A stretch of 53,117 nt of DNA. Source: a virus. Taxonomy: Duplodnaviria; Caudoviricetes. Under the pieces are notes generated by a model. That model had not been told where the DNA came from, did no database searches, and saw only the letters and a list, made by a program, of their open reading frames with translations. Position numbers and translations under genes: made by a program. The stretch spans positions 1 through 53,117 of IMG/VR virus record IMGVR_UViG_3300030110_004955. One strand, written 5' to 3'. Position 1 is the first letter of the stretch. The number at the start of each line of letters is the position of its first letter. This document shows, piece after piece, positions 10,201-19,271 of the stretch.

Positions 10201-12620
10201 TAGCAGGTCATGGTGTGGCTCATAAGGCCCGTCTTAACTGGGTTAAGCTTGGTATTGCTGCCGATGAAGAACTTGCAAGCGCCGTCAATATGTACCTGGT
10301 CGGTGAGAAAGTATCTGATGAGCAATTGGTCCAGGTCAAACGTTTCGTAGATCTTATGGGGTACAACCCCCGTATGGTTGACGTGTTCAGTTTGGACGGC
10401 GTCACAATGTATCTTCCAAACGCGGCACGCAACCGTCTTGCGATGGCTATGTCTCAGGCGAATGATCCAACCATCATAAAGTCACTTAACGGCGACCTAT
10501 TTGATGCGATGCATACTGTGATGGCGGCTGGTGAGGACGTGATCTCAAAAGGTACGAACACAACGACCAAGTTGAATATGGCGTTGATCTATCGGTACCT
10601 CAAAACACGTATGGTTCGTGGTCACTTTGTCTTGAAGTCTCGATACTTTTGGATGAATACATTCGATCACTTCAACCAAACAGCCCTTCGTGCGGGATAC
10701 GGAACAGCATTTGTCTCAACCACTCGAATGTTTACTCAGAATGTGTTGTCGAATCCGATAGGTCAAGCTGCTGTATTCGCTGCACGTCGAGCCGGTAAGG
10801 GTGAAGAAGTTGAGGCATTTCGACGCGTGCTGCAGTCCGGTGGTGATAAGGCGGCACAGTGGGCGAAGAAATTTAGCCGTGGTTCTAAGTGGCACATCAA
10901 TGTTAATGACGTAATTCGTGGCGGTGATGAGATTATTCTCTTGGGTGGTAAGCCCTATGTGATGAGCGATCTGCGTCAGATATTTCTGGAAGCAGGTGTC
11001 TTCGCCTCATTCGACACCAGTCAATTGGGTACGAAGATTGAGAATGTCGGAAACTTGTTTTTGATGGAGCAGCAGAAAAAAGGGAATTTGTCTCAAGCGG
11101 GCAAAGATATTCTTGGTGATCTCAAAGGCGCATCAGAAGATATTGCAGAAGCTTGGGCTGAGCGAGAGCGCGCAGGTCTTGCAATCACTTTGATTGAAGG
11201 CGGCATGGACCCCAAAACTGCGGCACGTATCGCAGTTGAAGCGCTCTATGACTACGCAGGCAGCATGTCTAAGGGCGATCGAAACTTCCTGGTCAACCTA
11301 TTCTTCCCTTTCTGGGCTTTCCAAAAGAACGCAAACCGCCAGATGTTTGACGTCTTATTCAGCCCCGAAGGCGCGTACAGGCTGGGTGTTATGCGTCGAG
11401 CCTATGATAAGGGTAGCGATGCTCTCAGTGAGCTTGTTTACGCGGCATCTGTTGATGAAAACGGAATCTATGTGGATGGACTGCCAGATGATTTGAGGCA
11501 AAGCTACTTTGCTTTGAAGAAAGAAATCTATGGTCGGTACGAAGTTGATGGTCGTATCCCACCAATCGTTCGAGAAGAATTACGTTTGTTTGTTTCGGGT
11601 TCAGTTGTTCGCGCATCTTTGGGTCAATTGCGACAAACAACAGAGCTTACAGAAGAATTTGTCGATATTGCTCGTGGCTTGAAAGACGAAGAGGGTAAAC
11701 CTTTGTTGGTGGATCGTCGTTCTCTGGCAGCATTTTATGTACCGAGAACAGATCGTTCCTCAATGCCTAATTACTTACACGATAGAATTTCTCTGAGGCT
11801 TCCGTACCTACCAGAGCGTGCAGTTGACGTGTCAATTGACCCCGAAATTCCTGGTGAGTTTAAACAAACGATGAAAACTTGGACGGATTTGTATCGACAA
11901 AATCGTCCAGATGCGCCGTACATGGGGCTGTTTTTACCTGACCCAACCTACAATGCTGCAATGAATCACTTTACGTATTTGGCTTCTACGATGCTGCTGG
12001 CAATAGGTGAGGTTGAAGAGTTGGGTGATGCCTGGTTTACGGATGAAGATGATGGATCGGATGCAATTAGTCCGATCACACCACTAAATGCTTTGTTGAA
12101 CACAGAAAGAACAATTGGTGTGTCTGATGCAATGGCGTCTTTAGGTATTGGTGGATCTCAAATACCGAGAAAGGTGCATCCTGCTTTTGCTTTTTTTGCT
12201 GATTACTCAGGATTAGATGTACTTGAATTAGACGAAAGAGATGACCCATATTCTTTGTTGATTGAGCGTAAAAAAGACATTGATGCGGGGAAAGATGTAG
12301 ATCCTTTGCCCCTTAAACGGCCTGGGGTAGAAACTAAACAAGATAAAGTCTATTACCTGATGCCCGGTGTCATGCAGTTGGCATTTAATAACAGTCCTTT
12401 TGGTGAGGTAAATGACATCTTGTTGAAGATGGAGAAGACGTCGCCTGAAAAAGCTGCGGGTATGCGGGGCAATCTTCAAGTTGCGATACGTACAGCGTTG
12501 GGTCTTGATATGCGTGACATTACTCGTGAAAGAACCGCGTCAGCCGCAAAATATCAAGCTGAAGAAGACAGTAGTCGTTTGGTTCAGAAAAAAGCTAAGC
12601 CAGGGCAGAGGTTAAAGTAG
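4296..12620 (+). CDS. Giant polyvalent/ejected virion protein with zincin metallopeptidase-like (HEFIH) and GNAT-like (RRKGLG) domains
   Basis: 2774 aa. ILHEFIHAAT at ~7593-7622; VEVPASLRRKGLGTDLYLRAL acetyl-CoA-binding motif around 8229-8246; C-terminal FFPFWAFQ-type segment typical of large phage internal proteins. Confidence 0.7.
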   Translation: MAKEEQGTKIVEEETLAVDAEQPEVKQPEVTQFDKEKLGKLTKDLKIERLGLIIAEYAETERSYDPKAVEKRKAEEAPTFNYEDALSEVTDFTGLTPTEYKEAATYQNIPLDDLFTRVAEKGEPVSDVVKSFKLQREQAGETKEKREVKQRGTDIALSGLKRLQTGKKKLPKKEREAAQRRILSRFDPREQPPIIFDGNTEGEAEDAIIRVGQPGWDQLDKMGELIINDKVAEDPERAKLWQQQLQSLGTPSSGKMIRDVLADSKFRDIIGNIATYDLNKMSKKEGIGRGQIREDGVSYEDLKDKAMKNALYDATLLRTLNKFYLPAFISYDLIDPLKKIPNTENEDDKSWFSKAWNNASEVRVEVIGLDAKNKAPVYRLDSPTWHLFELMDAPQAAFTGAVERLAKGPEGESFLDAISEGSLEGIKDRRDLIKAALSTEAAESDGLTAVALGMLGLGGAIVFPDAFIGAAAAARITKKLGTSAADVARLRKLAPGLTGSLGDGAESLAKAEEILSDGVADAILAGNYDEALRLLDEAQEFAKKSDASISEARGLDRNAATVVDELDTEIARKLSKETPEMAGGEGNRLASIIPGSFGFIEQNIHQGLRRKLLRGDMDEQTVGFGELLSMSESIEHLKDSVRVLKEGNINEQLLSANRQEASSFLSKVRDFMREINVGTANPDLTTDQRQLSIDLVRYLESAESIKLLRDDPNAWKLRVTELAQKLPFDPEKLTDTNIFLSKLNKEMSTTVTSMKKTRAALKTKVTPEIAASATAKGVKAIRGQFESRAAAMAFTREKIAEKAGLSVDPLIVSITEKHKAVGRSGLSPDGLAFLDQLQEAAPNISADEALRITKNVDNQAKKWAKQNERTVQAFYDETFEAIVGAPSPRPRPRGLAPDAPPKAPTPEAPTPKDVETPPTAKALDEYPPAGPMEEKLPTGLREALTGLDESVFKPKVAGKAARGAFEGPVATAPKQKPLPDIEPSTPRGLFVGWFQRSEPVGSLSAEDLYNHLRQFEGPGEGAKVVEFLANHAALPATRAIARRILPTIRRNAPSFKIVDGREIDTTGMNNSYGQYSSILNEVRIRGIAGALRTGLDEETILHEFIHAATSIFIDASPNNATIKNLEDLSDETLTALRNYRNTQDLTEDVAVKIDAMLMGWDYFGSTKEFLAWSLSSSSFQRMLQTLEIGPKTTLWNKFTRLIAKLFGITAEDETGALAQVLVANDRLLTAASKFDPRVVSDAEPIVTVSEGGTKVTSPVLVTIYRRQIKKSDERPKLKKYDEPLGEILFRENKVFGSRVFQVDSVEVPASLRRKGLGTDLYLRALKHAQNEGVGFVSDLTPTEDAVRVYNKLQNLGVKFQRKPLPDAQGELTDVYFISSRNLAKLDLDKIAIEHGKRFSLDYLYALVNEGSVSRFAARGDDFVANPVVVDFMEDGRAVIRALTETATADDFMLAIGRVTRRNFDDSDMKALVTWLGTKGIKVGHRGSVLTADDASVVEAAEQEFARAFLHYVKSGQADQPEIQGALSKANEWLKDTYTSITSRSAGGPLPGTDPGLTRSLDKLLRTRSERVALPNIFKLTKDAMLSTAKKEGTKFDVLDEIYRELYRLGNPVSKADLEKQWADALKRYDPNKPDAAVLKFPVAIKLGGALGKPKDQFTLTDLAKAQRQLEDARLFEIQPKKTVPLPIGGAEKAIEERSAAELTDQAMLNRPLGRVFRNIFLGGDAYADMRHLPPAIRESVKAGERLVQQAIGDAITLVVEGDINNLMRYLTGTKTVQFAKGGRSAMSAGHDSVTSVVKSMEKYFKAMATEEVGKIQIEILQTYAALVRQNNSASEALKTITQMKVGGEDITQKQIIEAFNAVVKGDKSNRFIKEAFEAAGYKSSEFYPQFLTQPKGATEAGGLLEAFMYYANLVERVDPADNKSKLYSTMMSDAGIVDVPQNTFIRLYDEISTLFPEDNKVANRVAILVAGHGVAHKARLNWVKLGIAADEELASAVNMYLVGEKVSDEQLVQVKRFVDLMGYNPRMVDVFSLDGVTMYLPNAARNRLAMAMSQANDPTIIKSLNGDLFDAMHTVMAAGEDVISKGTNTTTKLNMALIYRYLKTRMVRGHFVLKSRYFWMNTFDHFNQTALRAGYGTAFVSTTRMFTQNVLSNPIGQAAVFAARRAGKGEEVEAFRRVLQSGGDKAAQWAKKFSRGSKWHINVNDVIRGGDEIILLGGKPYVMSDLRQIFLEAGVFASFDTSQLGTKIENVGNLFLMEQQKKGNLSQAGKDILGDLKGASEDIAEAWAERERAGLAITLIEGGMDPKTAARIAVEALYDYAGSMSKGDRNFLVNLFFPFWAFQKNANRQMFDVLFSPEGAYRLGVMRRAYDKGSDALSELVYAASVDENGIYVDGLPDDLRQSYFALKKEIYGRYEVDGRIPPIVREELRLFVSGSVVRASLGQLRQTTELTEEFVDIARGLKDEEGKPLLVDRRSLAAFYVPRTDRSSMPNYLHDRISLRLPYLPERAVDVSIDPEIPGEFKQTMKTWTDLYRQNRPDAPYMGLFLPDPTYNAAMNHFTYLASTMLLAIGEVEELGDAWFTDEDDGSDAISPITPLNALLNTERTIGVSDAMASLGIGGSQIPRKVHPAFAFFADYSGLDVLELDERDDPYSLLIERKKDIDAGKDVDPLPLKRPGVETKQDKVYYLMPGVMQLAFNNSPFGEVNDILLKMEKTSPEKAAGMRGNLQVAIRTALGLDMRDITRERTASAAKYQAEEDSSRLVQKKAKPGQRLK

Positions 12621-12699
12621 ATATCAATTTGTATCTCAGTACCGCGTATTGAGGTTTTAGTGTTACACTAGTCGCAGATTTGCGTCAGGAGTCTCAGAG

Positions 12700-13131
12700 A
12701 TGATTCAACAATTCACGAAGTACGGTTACTCATGCTCGGCTGTAGATGTTGCTATCGGTACAACTTATTCAGTCACTGCGATCACAAATTTAGCTGCGAA
12801 TAATAAGTCTGGTGTCGTGCCTGACGATTGTTTTCTTGAGTCTATCGAATTTGAGCTTAGCGCGATTGCTACAGGGGATACAATTACGATGTATCTTTCT
12901 CGTGATTCTAACGGTCATGTTCCACTGACGTCGGATCAATTGGGTGGTGCCACTCAAGCTGTGACAAAAGTCAGTAACGCAGCAAGCACTGGTGGCGTTT
13001 CTTTTACGGTTGGTAAAGATTATCATTACGACACAACAGCTTCTAATGCTGCGAGCGGCACTATTTATGTTGTGGCAAAAGCTAACGCAGCATGTGTGGC
13101 TGAAAACATTCGGCTCAACTGGAGAGCGTAA
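12700..13131 (+). CDS. Small beta-rich structural protein
   Basis: 143 aa, AGGAG RBS, S/T/A/V-rich, TAATG-coupled to the fibre gene. Confidence 0.55.
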   Translation: MIQQFTKYGYSCSAVDVAIGTTYSVTAITNLAANNKSGVVPDDCFLESIEFELSAIATGDTITMYLSRDSNGHVPLTSDQLGGATQAVTKVSNAASTGGVSFTVGKDYHYDTTASNAASGTIYVVAKANAACVAENIRLNWRA

Positions 13132-15698
13132 TGAGTACTTCAAGTAACGTAGTTGGAAATGTTTTTGATTCATCCGTTACGACTACGGCTGATGGAAGTG
13201 TCGTCGTCAAGGGTGATTTGACTGTTGAGGGTACAACTACGACGGTCGAAAGTACTTCTGTTCTCGTCGAAGATAAAATTATGGAGTTGGCTCACGGTAC
13301 CTCAGGCACACCATCTGGTGATGCGGGTATTATTGTAGAGCGTGGTACTTCAACAAACTCAGCGCTTATCTGGGATGAGAGTGCTGATGAATGGGTAATC
13401 GCCACCACCAGTGCAACTGGCGCTAGTTCGGGCGACCTGACCCTAACAGATGCAAATTTGCGTTTGGCGAATGTGGCTATCTCTGGTGACATTACTCTTG
13501 ATGATGGTGGGTCAATCAAAGAAGCCGGTGGGACTGCTGCGATTACTATTGATGCTTCTGGCCACGTTACAAAGATTGGCCAAGATTCTCCGAGTAGCGC
13601 GGACGTTCTTACATACGATGGTGCGAAGTGGGTGGCTGAAGCACCTACTACTGGTGATATTACTGGTGTTACTGCAGGTGATGGTCTTTCCGGTGGTGGT
13701 AATACTGGGGGTGTTACTCTTGCGGTTGACCTCAATGGACTTTCTACCGCTACAGTAGCAGTAGCAAGTGATAGTATTGCAATCATTGATGCTGATGACA
13801 GTAATGCATCCAAGAAGGAAACCATTACTGATTTAGTTAGTGGTATCGCGGGATCTTCTGCAACAACAGGTCTTACTGCTAGCAATGGAACGTTGGTTGT
13901 TTCTGACCTTCATCCTGTAGGTGTTAGCGGAGCGAATAACCAGATTCTAACTGACGATGGTGATGGGACAGTTACCTCAGAGTCTAAGCTTACCTTTGAC
14001 GGTACAACGCTTCTTGTGGATTCAGATGTCACAGCGACAACAAACCACACAACCGTTGGCGCACATATCGACTACGATGCAACAGGCATTATTGCTTCGG
14101 GTCAAACTGGTAATAATGTTGGCTTCGACTTGGACATTAACTCCAATAGCCCCACGATGGTTGGTACAGTCAACAACACTGGTTTAGACATTGATCTTAC
14201 TGGTGGAACATCTGGTACTCAGAAAAATGTGGGTATTGATGTCAATGTGACGGGCGCAGACACCAACTACGCGGCACTATTTAGTGGTGGCAACGTTGGT
14301 GTTGGGACAACCGCTCCAAGTAATTTGCTTCATGTTGCGGGCGCAGATGCGTACATTACACTACAAAACACCACAGATGAAAATGGTGAAGGTGGGGCAG
14401 AGACTCGCGTTCTTTTTGGTGACCATAGCGGTGCTGGCTTGGCGATGATCGAAGGCAGTCACAGTGGAACAGCCAATGATACCAAAGGTAAGTTTAGTGT
14501 TGCTACGAATAACGGTAGTTCAATAGCGACCGCATTGACGATTGATGACACGCGCAAGTCGACATTCACAACCACGTCAACCGACGGCATTGTAATTGAT
14601 CAAGATTACAGTGTTACCGCAGATTCAACGCTTACCGGCCTAACCATTGACATTGATAAAACTGGTGCGAGTGAGGGCGCCAATACAATGTATGGCATCA
14701 ACATTGACATGGACAATACAACCGCGATTGCCGGGTCAAACACAATGACGGGGATTAAGGTTACCCCGACGTGTACTCATCCGTCAGGGTCAGGAACGGT
14801 AACCGTAAGAGGTATGGAAGTTGTTGCTACAGGATCAACAAGTCCAGAGACGAGCACTGTCCGCGCTTTGGATTTGACCGCCAGTGGTGGAGACTACAAC
14901 CAGGGCATCTATATGCAGATTGCTGATGGTGGACCTGACATTAAGATGGTTAGTTCTGCCGATGCGGGCGACTATGCAACAATTGCTGTTGGGGCTGCAG
15001 GTTTAACGACAATTCAAACTGTTGATGACGATGGGGCCGCTGCTCACCTGAAACTAGAGCCTGACGGGAATGTCATTATTGGCTCAAATGGAGCAACACC
15101 GAAGCTTGTGATCGGTGACGCTGTTGCAGAAGACACCATGCTTGCTTTTGACGGAAATGCCCAGGATTATCGAATGGGTATTGTTGACTCGTCGGATACT
15201 TTCGAGATCGGTATTGGTCAAACGCACGGCACAACGCCTACTATGATTCTCGATCCTGCCCAGAACATTGACATTTTTGGAATGTTGACCATTGATACTG
15301 CCATTGCAGATGAAAAGTGCTCGGGTATCACGGCGGCTTTTACCGCAGGTGAGTCGCTTGTTCGCGGTGACGTAGTATACTTTAAGGCAGGTGACTCTAA
15401 GATGCACAAGGTCAACATGACCGCAGGCAACTCAGAAGCTATTCCGGCTGTTGCTATGGCTGCAGAAGATATTTCAGCCGATGCTGTGGGTAAGTTTTTG
15501 ATGCAGGGTGTCATTCACGATGCGGGAACATTCCCATCCTTTACTGTTGCAGGGCGTCTTTACGCGCCCGAAGCGGAAGGCCCACCAACTCAAACAAAAC
15601 CATCCACAGACGGTGATCTGGTTCAAGTAATTGGTTGGGCGATCACAGCAGATAAAATCTATTTCAACCCAAGTCCAGACTACATTGAGGTTGCTTGA
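13131..15698 (+). CDS. Tail fibre / virion fibre-like protein
   Basis: 855 aa, G/T/S/D-rich. Contains GDLTVEGTTTTV..VEDK..DAGIIVERG..WDESADEW and GNVGVGTTAP motifs common in phage fibres, and a C-terminal AGESL..GDVVY..VQVIGWA decoration-type domain. Confidence 0.7.
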   Translation: MSTSSNVVGNVFDSSVTTTADGSVVVKGDLTVEGTTTTVESTSVLVEDKIMELAHGTSGTPSGDAGIIVERGTSTNSALIWDESADEWVIATTSATGASSGDLTLTDANLRLANVAISGDITLDDGGSIKEAGGTAAITIDASGHVTKIGQDSPSSADVLTYDGAKWVAEAPTTGDITGVTAGDGLSGGGNTGGVTLAVDLNGLSTATVAVASDSIAIIDADDSNASKKETITDLVSGIAGSSATTGLTASNGTLVVSDLHPVGVSGANNQILTDDGDGTVTSESKLTFDGTTLLVDSDVTATTNHTTVGAHIDYDATGIIASGQTGNNVGFDLDINSNSPTMVGTVNNTGLDIDLTGGTSGTQKNVGIDVNVTGADTNYAALFSGGNVGVGTTAPSNLLHVAGADAYITLQNTTDENGEGGAETRVLFGDHSGAGLAMIEGSHSGTANDTKGKFSVATNNGSSIATALTIDDTRKSTFTTTSTDGIVIDQDYSVTADSTLTGLTIDIDKTGASEGANTMYGINIDMDNTTAIAGSNTMTGIKVTPTCTHPSGSGTVTVRGMEVVATGSTSPETSTVRALDLTASGGDYNQGIYMQIADGGPDIKMVSSADAGDYATIAVGAAGLTTIQTVDDDGAAAHLKLEPDGNVIIGSNGATPKLVIGDAVAEDTMLAFDGNAQDYRMGIVDSSDTFEIGIGQTHGTTPTMILDPAQNIDIFGMLTIDTAIADEKCSGITAAFTAGESLVRGDVVYFKAGDSKMHKVNMTAGNSEAIPAVAMAAEDISADAVGKFLMQGVIHDAGTFPSFTVAGRLYAPEAEGPPTQTKPSTDGDLVQVIGWAITADKIYFNPSPDYIEVA

Positions 15699-16852
15699 TG
15701 GGTGACTTTGAAAAAGTCAACGATGTTGCTGCTGCTGACATTGAAAAGGTGAATGATATTGCGAAAAGCAGTATTCAGAACATCAATGGTGTTGATACGC
15801 CTTCATCCGGTCAAGTTGCAACCCGTTGGGTAATGGGTCACGATGGGAACGGGTCCAATTGGTATATTTCTTACTGCGCTCACAGTGATCGTACATCATG
15901 GACAGGTACAACGGCTCAATCCTCAACTCCCGATGTTTACGACATCGCGTATGGAAAGGACGGCAGCGGAAATCCTTTATGGGCTACGGTTAACAACTCT
16001 GGCAGTATGGAAATTGCTCACGACGGAAACAATGACATTACCGATTCGAGCACTTGGACCAAAGTAAACGTGTCCAAAAAATGTAGGACTATCGAATGGG
16101 GTAACAATGTTTGGATTGCCATGGGCCACATGGATGCCTCGAATAGAGAGTTATACCGCAGCACAGATGGTTCATCTTGGTCTGAAGTTGACTTGTCTGG
16201 AGTGTCTGGTATTCAAAACGCTGTTACTGTCTTTGGTTTAGCAAGCGATGGCGCAGGAAGCTGGATGTTCGGCCAGGGCTCAAATATCTTTGCCAGCACA
16301 GACAATGGAAGCACCTGGGCTGAAATGACTTCTTATCCAGGCGCAAACGTCTGCGATATTGGTTTTACAAACAACACTTGGGTTGTTCTTGATGCCGGAA
16401 CGCCAGGACAGCTAAATACTGTTGGCGCGTCTGCATTTGCTACAGAAATGGGTGGCGGCTCAAATGCTACGTGGGGCACACAAGAATTGACCTCTGGTGG
16501 CGACAGCATCACAACTGCAGATTCTGGGGCGCAAAGAACCGTTATAGCGTGTGGTGACGGTGTAGTTATTGCGGCACACTCGGAATATACAATGTCGTTC
16601 GATGTCAACGGCACTTCAATTTCTATAAGATCGCCAGGTAGAAAGACTGTTGGTGAAGGCGAAATAGTTGAGGGTGATATTGAAACTATTGCGACTGATG
16701 GAAATGGAACTTGGCTTATTGGTTCGTTTGGCGGCGACATTGCTGAAAGCACAGATAACGGTGCCAATTGGACTCAGATTGTGGATAACTTCAGTTTCAA
16801 TGGCGAAAGAGAAAACCTAGCACTTCGCGCAAATGTATACTTACCAGTTTAG
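15698..16852 (+). CDS. Asp-box/BNR-repeat beta-propeller protein (putative receptor-binding or tail accessory)
   Basis: Three SxDxGxxW-type boxes (YRSTDGSSW, ASTDNGSTW, ESTDNGANW); N-terminal EKVND repeats; TGATG coupling. Confidence 0.65.
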   Translation: MGDFEKVNDVAAADIEKVNDIAKSSIQNINGVDTPSSGQVATRWVMGHDGNGSNWYISYCAHSDRTSWTGTTAQSSTPDVYDIAYGKDGSGNPLWATVNNSGSMEIAHDGNNDITDSSTWTKVNVSKKCRTIEWGNNVWIAMGHMDASNRELYRSTDGSSWSEVDLSGVSGIQNAVTVFGLASDGAGSWMFGQGSNIFASTDNGSTWAEMTSYPGANVCDIGFTNNTWVVLDAGTPGQLNTVGASAFATEMGGGSNATWGTQELTSGGDSITTADSGAQRTVIACGDGVVIAAHSEYTMSFDVNGTSISIRSPGRKTVGEGEIVEGDIETIATDGNGTWLIGSFGGDIAESTDNGANWTQIVDNFSFNGERENLALRANVYLPV

Positions 16853-16862
16853 AGGATAGAAA

Positions 16863-17243
16863 ATGGCACTTAAAACCGCAAATTTTGACTCATCTGTACT
16901 TCAATACAAATTAGTCTCGGAAGATTCACTAAGCACACCGATTGTTGATGTGACTCAATCAAGTGGTAGTTTGTACTACATAAAGTTGGATGCCGTTACA
17001 GGAATCTCAAATGATTACTATGTAAAGTTTTGTTTTACTGAATCAGAAATAACTGTTGGTACTACGTCCGCCGATATGATTCTGTATTTGAAGCAGGCCA
17101 CAGATTTGTGCGTGTCTATCCCAGGCGGAATTCCATTCACAAAATTGAGTGTTTGGACTGTAGATGGTCCGAAAGATAGCATCAGTGCGAGAACAACATC
17201 AGGTAACTCATCAACCGTTAAACTTACAATGGTCACATCTTAG
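16863..17243 (+). CDS. Small beta-sandwich virion protein, paralog 1
   Basis: 126 aa; SGSLYYIKLD...IPGGIPFTKLSVW pattern shared with three neighbours. Confidence 0.55.
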   Translation: MALKTANFDSSVLQYKLVSEDSLSTPIVDVTQSSGSLYYIKLDAVTGISNDYYVKFCFTESEITVGTTSADMILYLKQATDLCVSIPGGIPFTKLSVWTVDGPKDSISARTTSGNSSTVKLTMVTS

Positions 17244-17252
17244 GAGTTTATC

Positions 17253-17642
17253 ATGGCAGTAACAGTATCAAAAATTGCAGATAGACTGGCCGAGACGCTA
17301 ATTCTCGACACGACTACAAATGCGACAAGTGAAACAAATATTTTTACGGGCACAAGCTTGGCGACAAAAGTGTGGATGGTTGAAATTACAAACACACAAA
17401 ATGGTGTCGCTACATACGTAAAGGCCCAAACATCTACAAATGCATATGCTGTAGGGACAGGCCCGTCATTTTGTCAGCTTTATGCACCATCGGGCGCCTC
17501 AATTCGTTATCTGTTTCCACACGGATATACTTTTGCTACCGGATTAAGTGTTGTTGGTTCCTCACTTAGAGCCAATGATGGTTCTACGGCAGAAGTCGAT
17601 CCATCTAAATCCGTCTCATTAAAAATTCTCGGGGGAACATGA
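17253..17642 (+). CDS. Small beta-sandwich virion protein, paralog 2
   Basis: 129 aa; TKVWMVEITN...FPHGYTFATGLSVV; GGAG RBS. Confidence 0.55.
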   Translation: MAVTVSKIADRLAETLILDTTTNATSETNIFTGTSLATKVWMVEITNTQNGVATYVKAQTSTNAYAVGTGPSFCQLYAPSGASIRYLFPHGYTFATGLSVVGSSLRANDGSTAEVDPSKSVSLKILGGT

Positions 17643-17842
17643 TTATGAAAAATTTTATCAACCAACTTTTTTGTTCGCAGAAGCGCGTTTCTTGGCGTCG
17701 GCTCGCAGTTTTGGTACTTGGTACCGGCCTACTCATTTCTGGTATGCTGGACTCTGAGAAGTGGCTTTACTTGGCTTTGGCTTACATTGCTGGTGACAGT
17801 GCTGAAAAGGCAATGGCTGCAATTGGTATCGGGAAAAAGTAA
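17639..17842 (+). CDS. Small two-TM membrane protein, holin-like
   Basis: Two hydrophobic segments with basic N- and C-termini; two possible starts (17639/17645). Confidence 0.5.
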   Translation: MIMKNFINQLFCSQKRVSWRRLAVLVLGTGLLISGMLDSEKWLYLALAYIAGDSAEKAMAAIGIGKK

Positions 17843-17845
17843 TAG

Positions 17846-18205
17846 ATGGCTGCGTCACTTACAATTACCGGTTTTCATGATTCTATTGATTACAAAGTAG
17901 TTAATTGTACTTCAATTGAAGACGCAACTGTATTTGTGAATGTCACAGAAAGCGCGGGCACACTTTACGCAGCTTATATTAATTCGGCTAACTGTAATGC
18001 TAATGTGTCATTACATATTCTCGACGGAAAAGATCAGTCAAACTCGGAGATAGTAATTAAGGGCGTGGCAACTGAGATTAGGTCACTTCAAATACCAAAA
18101 GGATTCGCATTTGACATGCTTAACTTTCGGGTGAGCGCTAACAGTGCTGAAGATGACACAACAGATTTTGCGGGTACAGTTAGCGTTACCTTGATTTGTA
18201 GTTGA
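17846..18205 (+). CDS. Small beta-sandwich virion protein, paralog 3
   Basis: 119 aa; AGTLYAAYINS...IPKGFAFDMLNFRV. Confidence 0.55.
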   Translation: MAASLTITGFHDSIDYKVVNCTSIEDATVFVNVTESAGTLYAAYINSANCNANVSLHILDGKDQSNSEIVIKGVATEIRSLQIPKGFAFDMLNFRVSANSAEDDTTDFAGTVSVTLICS

Positions 18206-18211
18206 GGCGAT

Positions 18212-18583
18212 ATGGCTTTTACAAAAACAACAGAAACGACTAAAGTTGGTAGCCTCATCATTGACTTTGATGCAGACTCGTCTGTTGAGGCTCATGTCAC
18301 AGGCAATACTTCCGGTAAGCTTTATCTCGTTGATATCGACAATACTGCAAATGCATCATCGTCGGCTTATCTGAGAATTAAAGACGCGCAATCAGCAGGT
18401 TCGGCAGGGACCCTTGTGCCCTGGTGGTTGTTCGTTGCTGGTCCAGGGGCAAAGGCGTCATATGTTTTAAGTGAGGGTCATGATTATTCAACTGGGCTTA
18501 CTTTATGGTGTTCGACTTCAAACACACCAGAAAATACCTCTTCACCCTCCGAAAGTGTAATCGTTAAAATTATAGCGACTTAG
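18212..18583 (+). CDS. Small beta-sandwich virion protein, paralog 4
   Basis: 123 aa; SGKLYLVDIDN...LSEGHDYSTGLTLW; GAGG RBS. Confidence 0.55.
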   Translation: MAFTKTTETTKVGSLIIDFDADSSVEAHVTGNTSGKLYLVDIDNTANASSSAYLRIKDAQSAGSAGTLVPWWLFVAGPGAKASYVLSEGHDYSTGLTLWCSTSNTPENTSSPSESVIVKIIAT

Positions 18584-18591
18584 GTTATTTC

Positions 18592-18834
18592 ATGGTTGAG
18601 ACAACGAGTATATTGTTAGCTGCAATCGTCGCATTAATCGCGACGATTTTTGGTATTAAGCGCGACAAGAAGAAAGAAAAAGAACAGCGACCACCAAAAA
18701 ATAAAGTGGCGGACAAGGCGAGAGAAATCTCAAATGAAGAGTTTCAAAAGAATCTTGAAGCTATCAAGGGAGATTTAGAGGGTAAGTCACCTGCAGATGA
18801 TCTAGCATCCAGAGGGAATGCGAGGCGTCGATGA
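18592..18834 (+). CDS. N-terminally anchored membrane protein (lysis accessory/spanin-like)
   Basis: N-terminal TM segment followed by a charged helix; located in the lysis cassette. Confidence 0.4.
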   Translation: MVETTSILLAAIVALIATIFGIKRDKKKEKEQRPPKNKVADKAREISNEEFQKNLEAIKGDLEGKSPADDLASRGNARRR

Positions 18835-19271
18835 TACTGCTTTTGCTATCACAGTTGGCTTTTGCCGCAGATGCGCCGGAAAGACCCGAACCACCAAAGC
18901 CGGTAGCTGGTCAATGCGAAAGGGTTTATGGTATCAACGAGGGGCAGCAGTTGCCCACTTCCCTTGTTGTTGATCCCGGCTTCGCCGCCTGTTCTGCAGT
19001 TGCTGTCCCTCTTTCTGATTACGCGGATCTTTTGGCGACGGAAGAATGGGCGAAGCATGTTGCACAAAGATACGAAATCGACACAGCGTCTCTTGAGAGG
19101 GACTTAGATTGGTATAAAGCGAAGTTAGACGAGGCAAATAAGCCGGTGCCTTGGATGGAAAAACCCTCTACACAGCGTTGGTTTGGTAGAATAGAGACAC
19201 TGGCGGTCGTCGTGGTTGTCAGTGCCGGGTTAGGGGCTACATATTACTACTCGTCAGGGGCAGGAAAATGA
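18831..19271 (+). CDS. Secreted/membrane protein with signal peptide, coiled coil and C-terminal TM (spanin-like)
   Basis: Signal peptide ending AFA, two Cys, a coiled coil and a C-terminal hydrophobic helix; ATGA overlaps on both sides. Confidence 0.4.
   Translation: MILLLLSQLAFAADAPERPEPPKPVAGQCERVYGINEGQQLPTSLVVDPGFAACSAVAVPLSDYADLLATEEWAKHVAQRYEIDTASLERDLDWYKAKLDEANKPVPWMEKPSTQRWFGRIETLAVVVVVSAGLGATYYYSSGAGK

Noticed and set aside
4482-16767. Numerous 60-200 aa antisense or alternate-frame ORFs inside the large structural genes
   Set aside because: Shadow ORFs with no motifs or translation signals.
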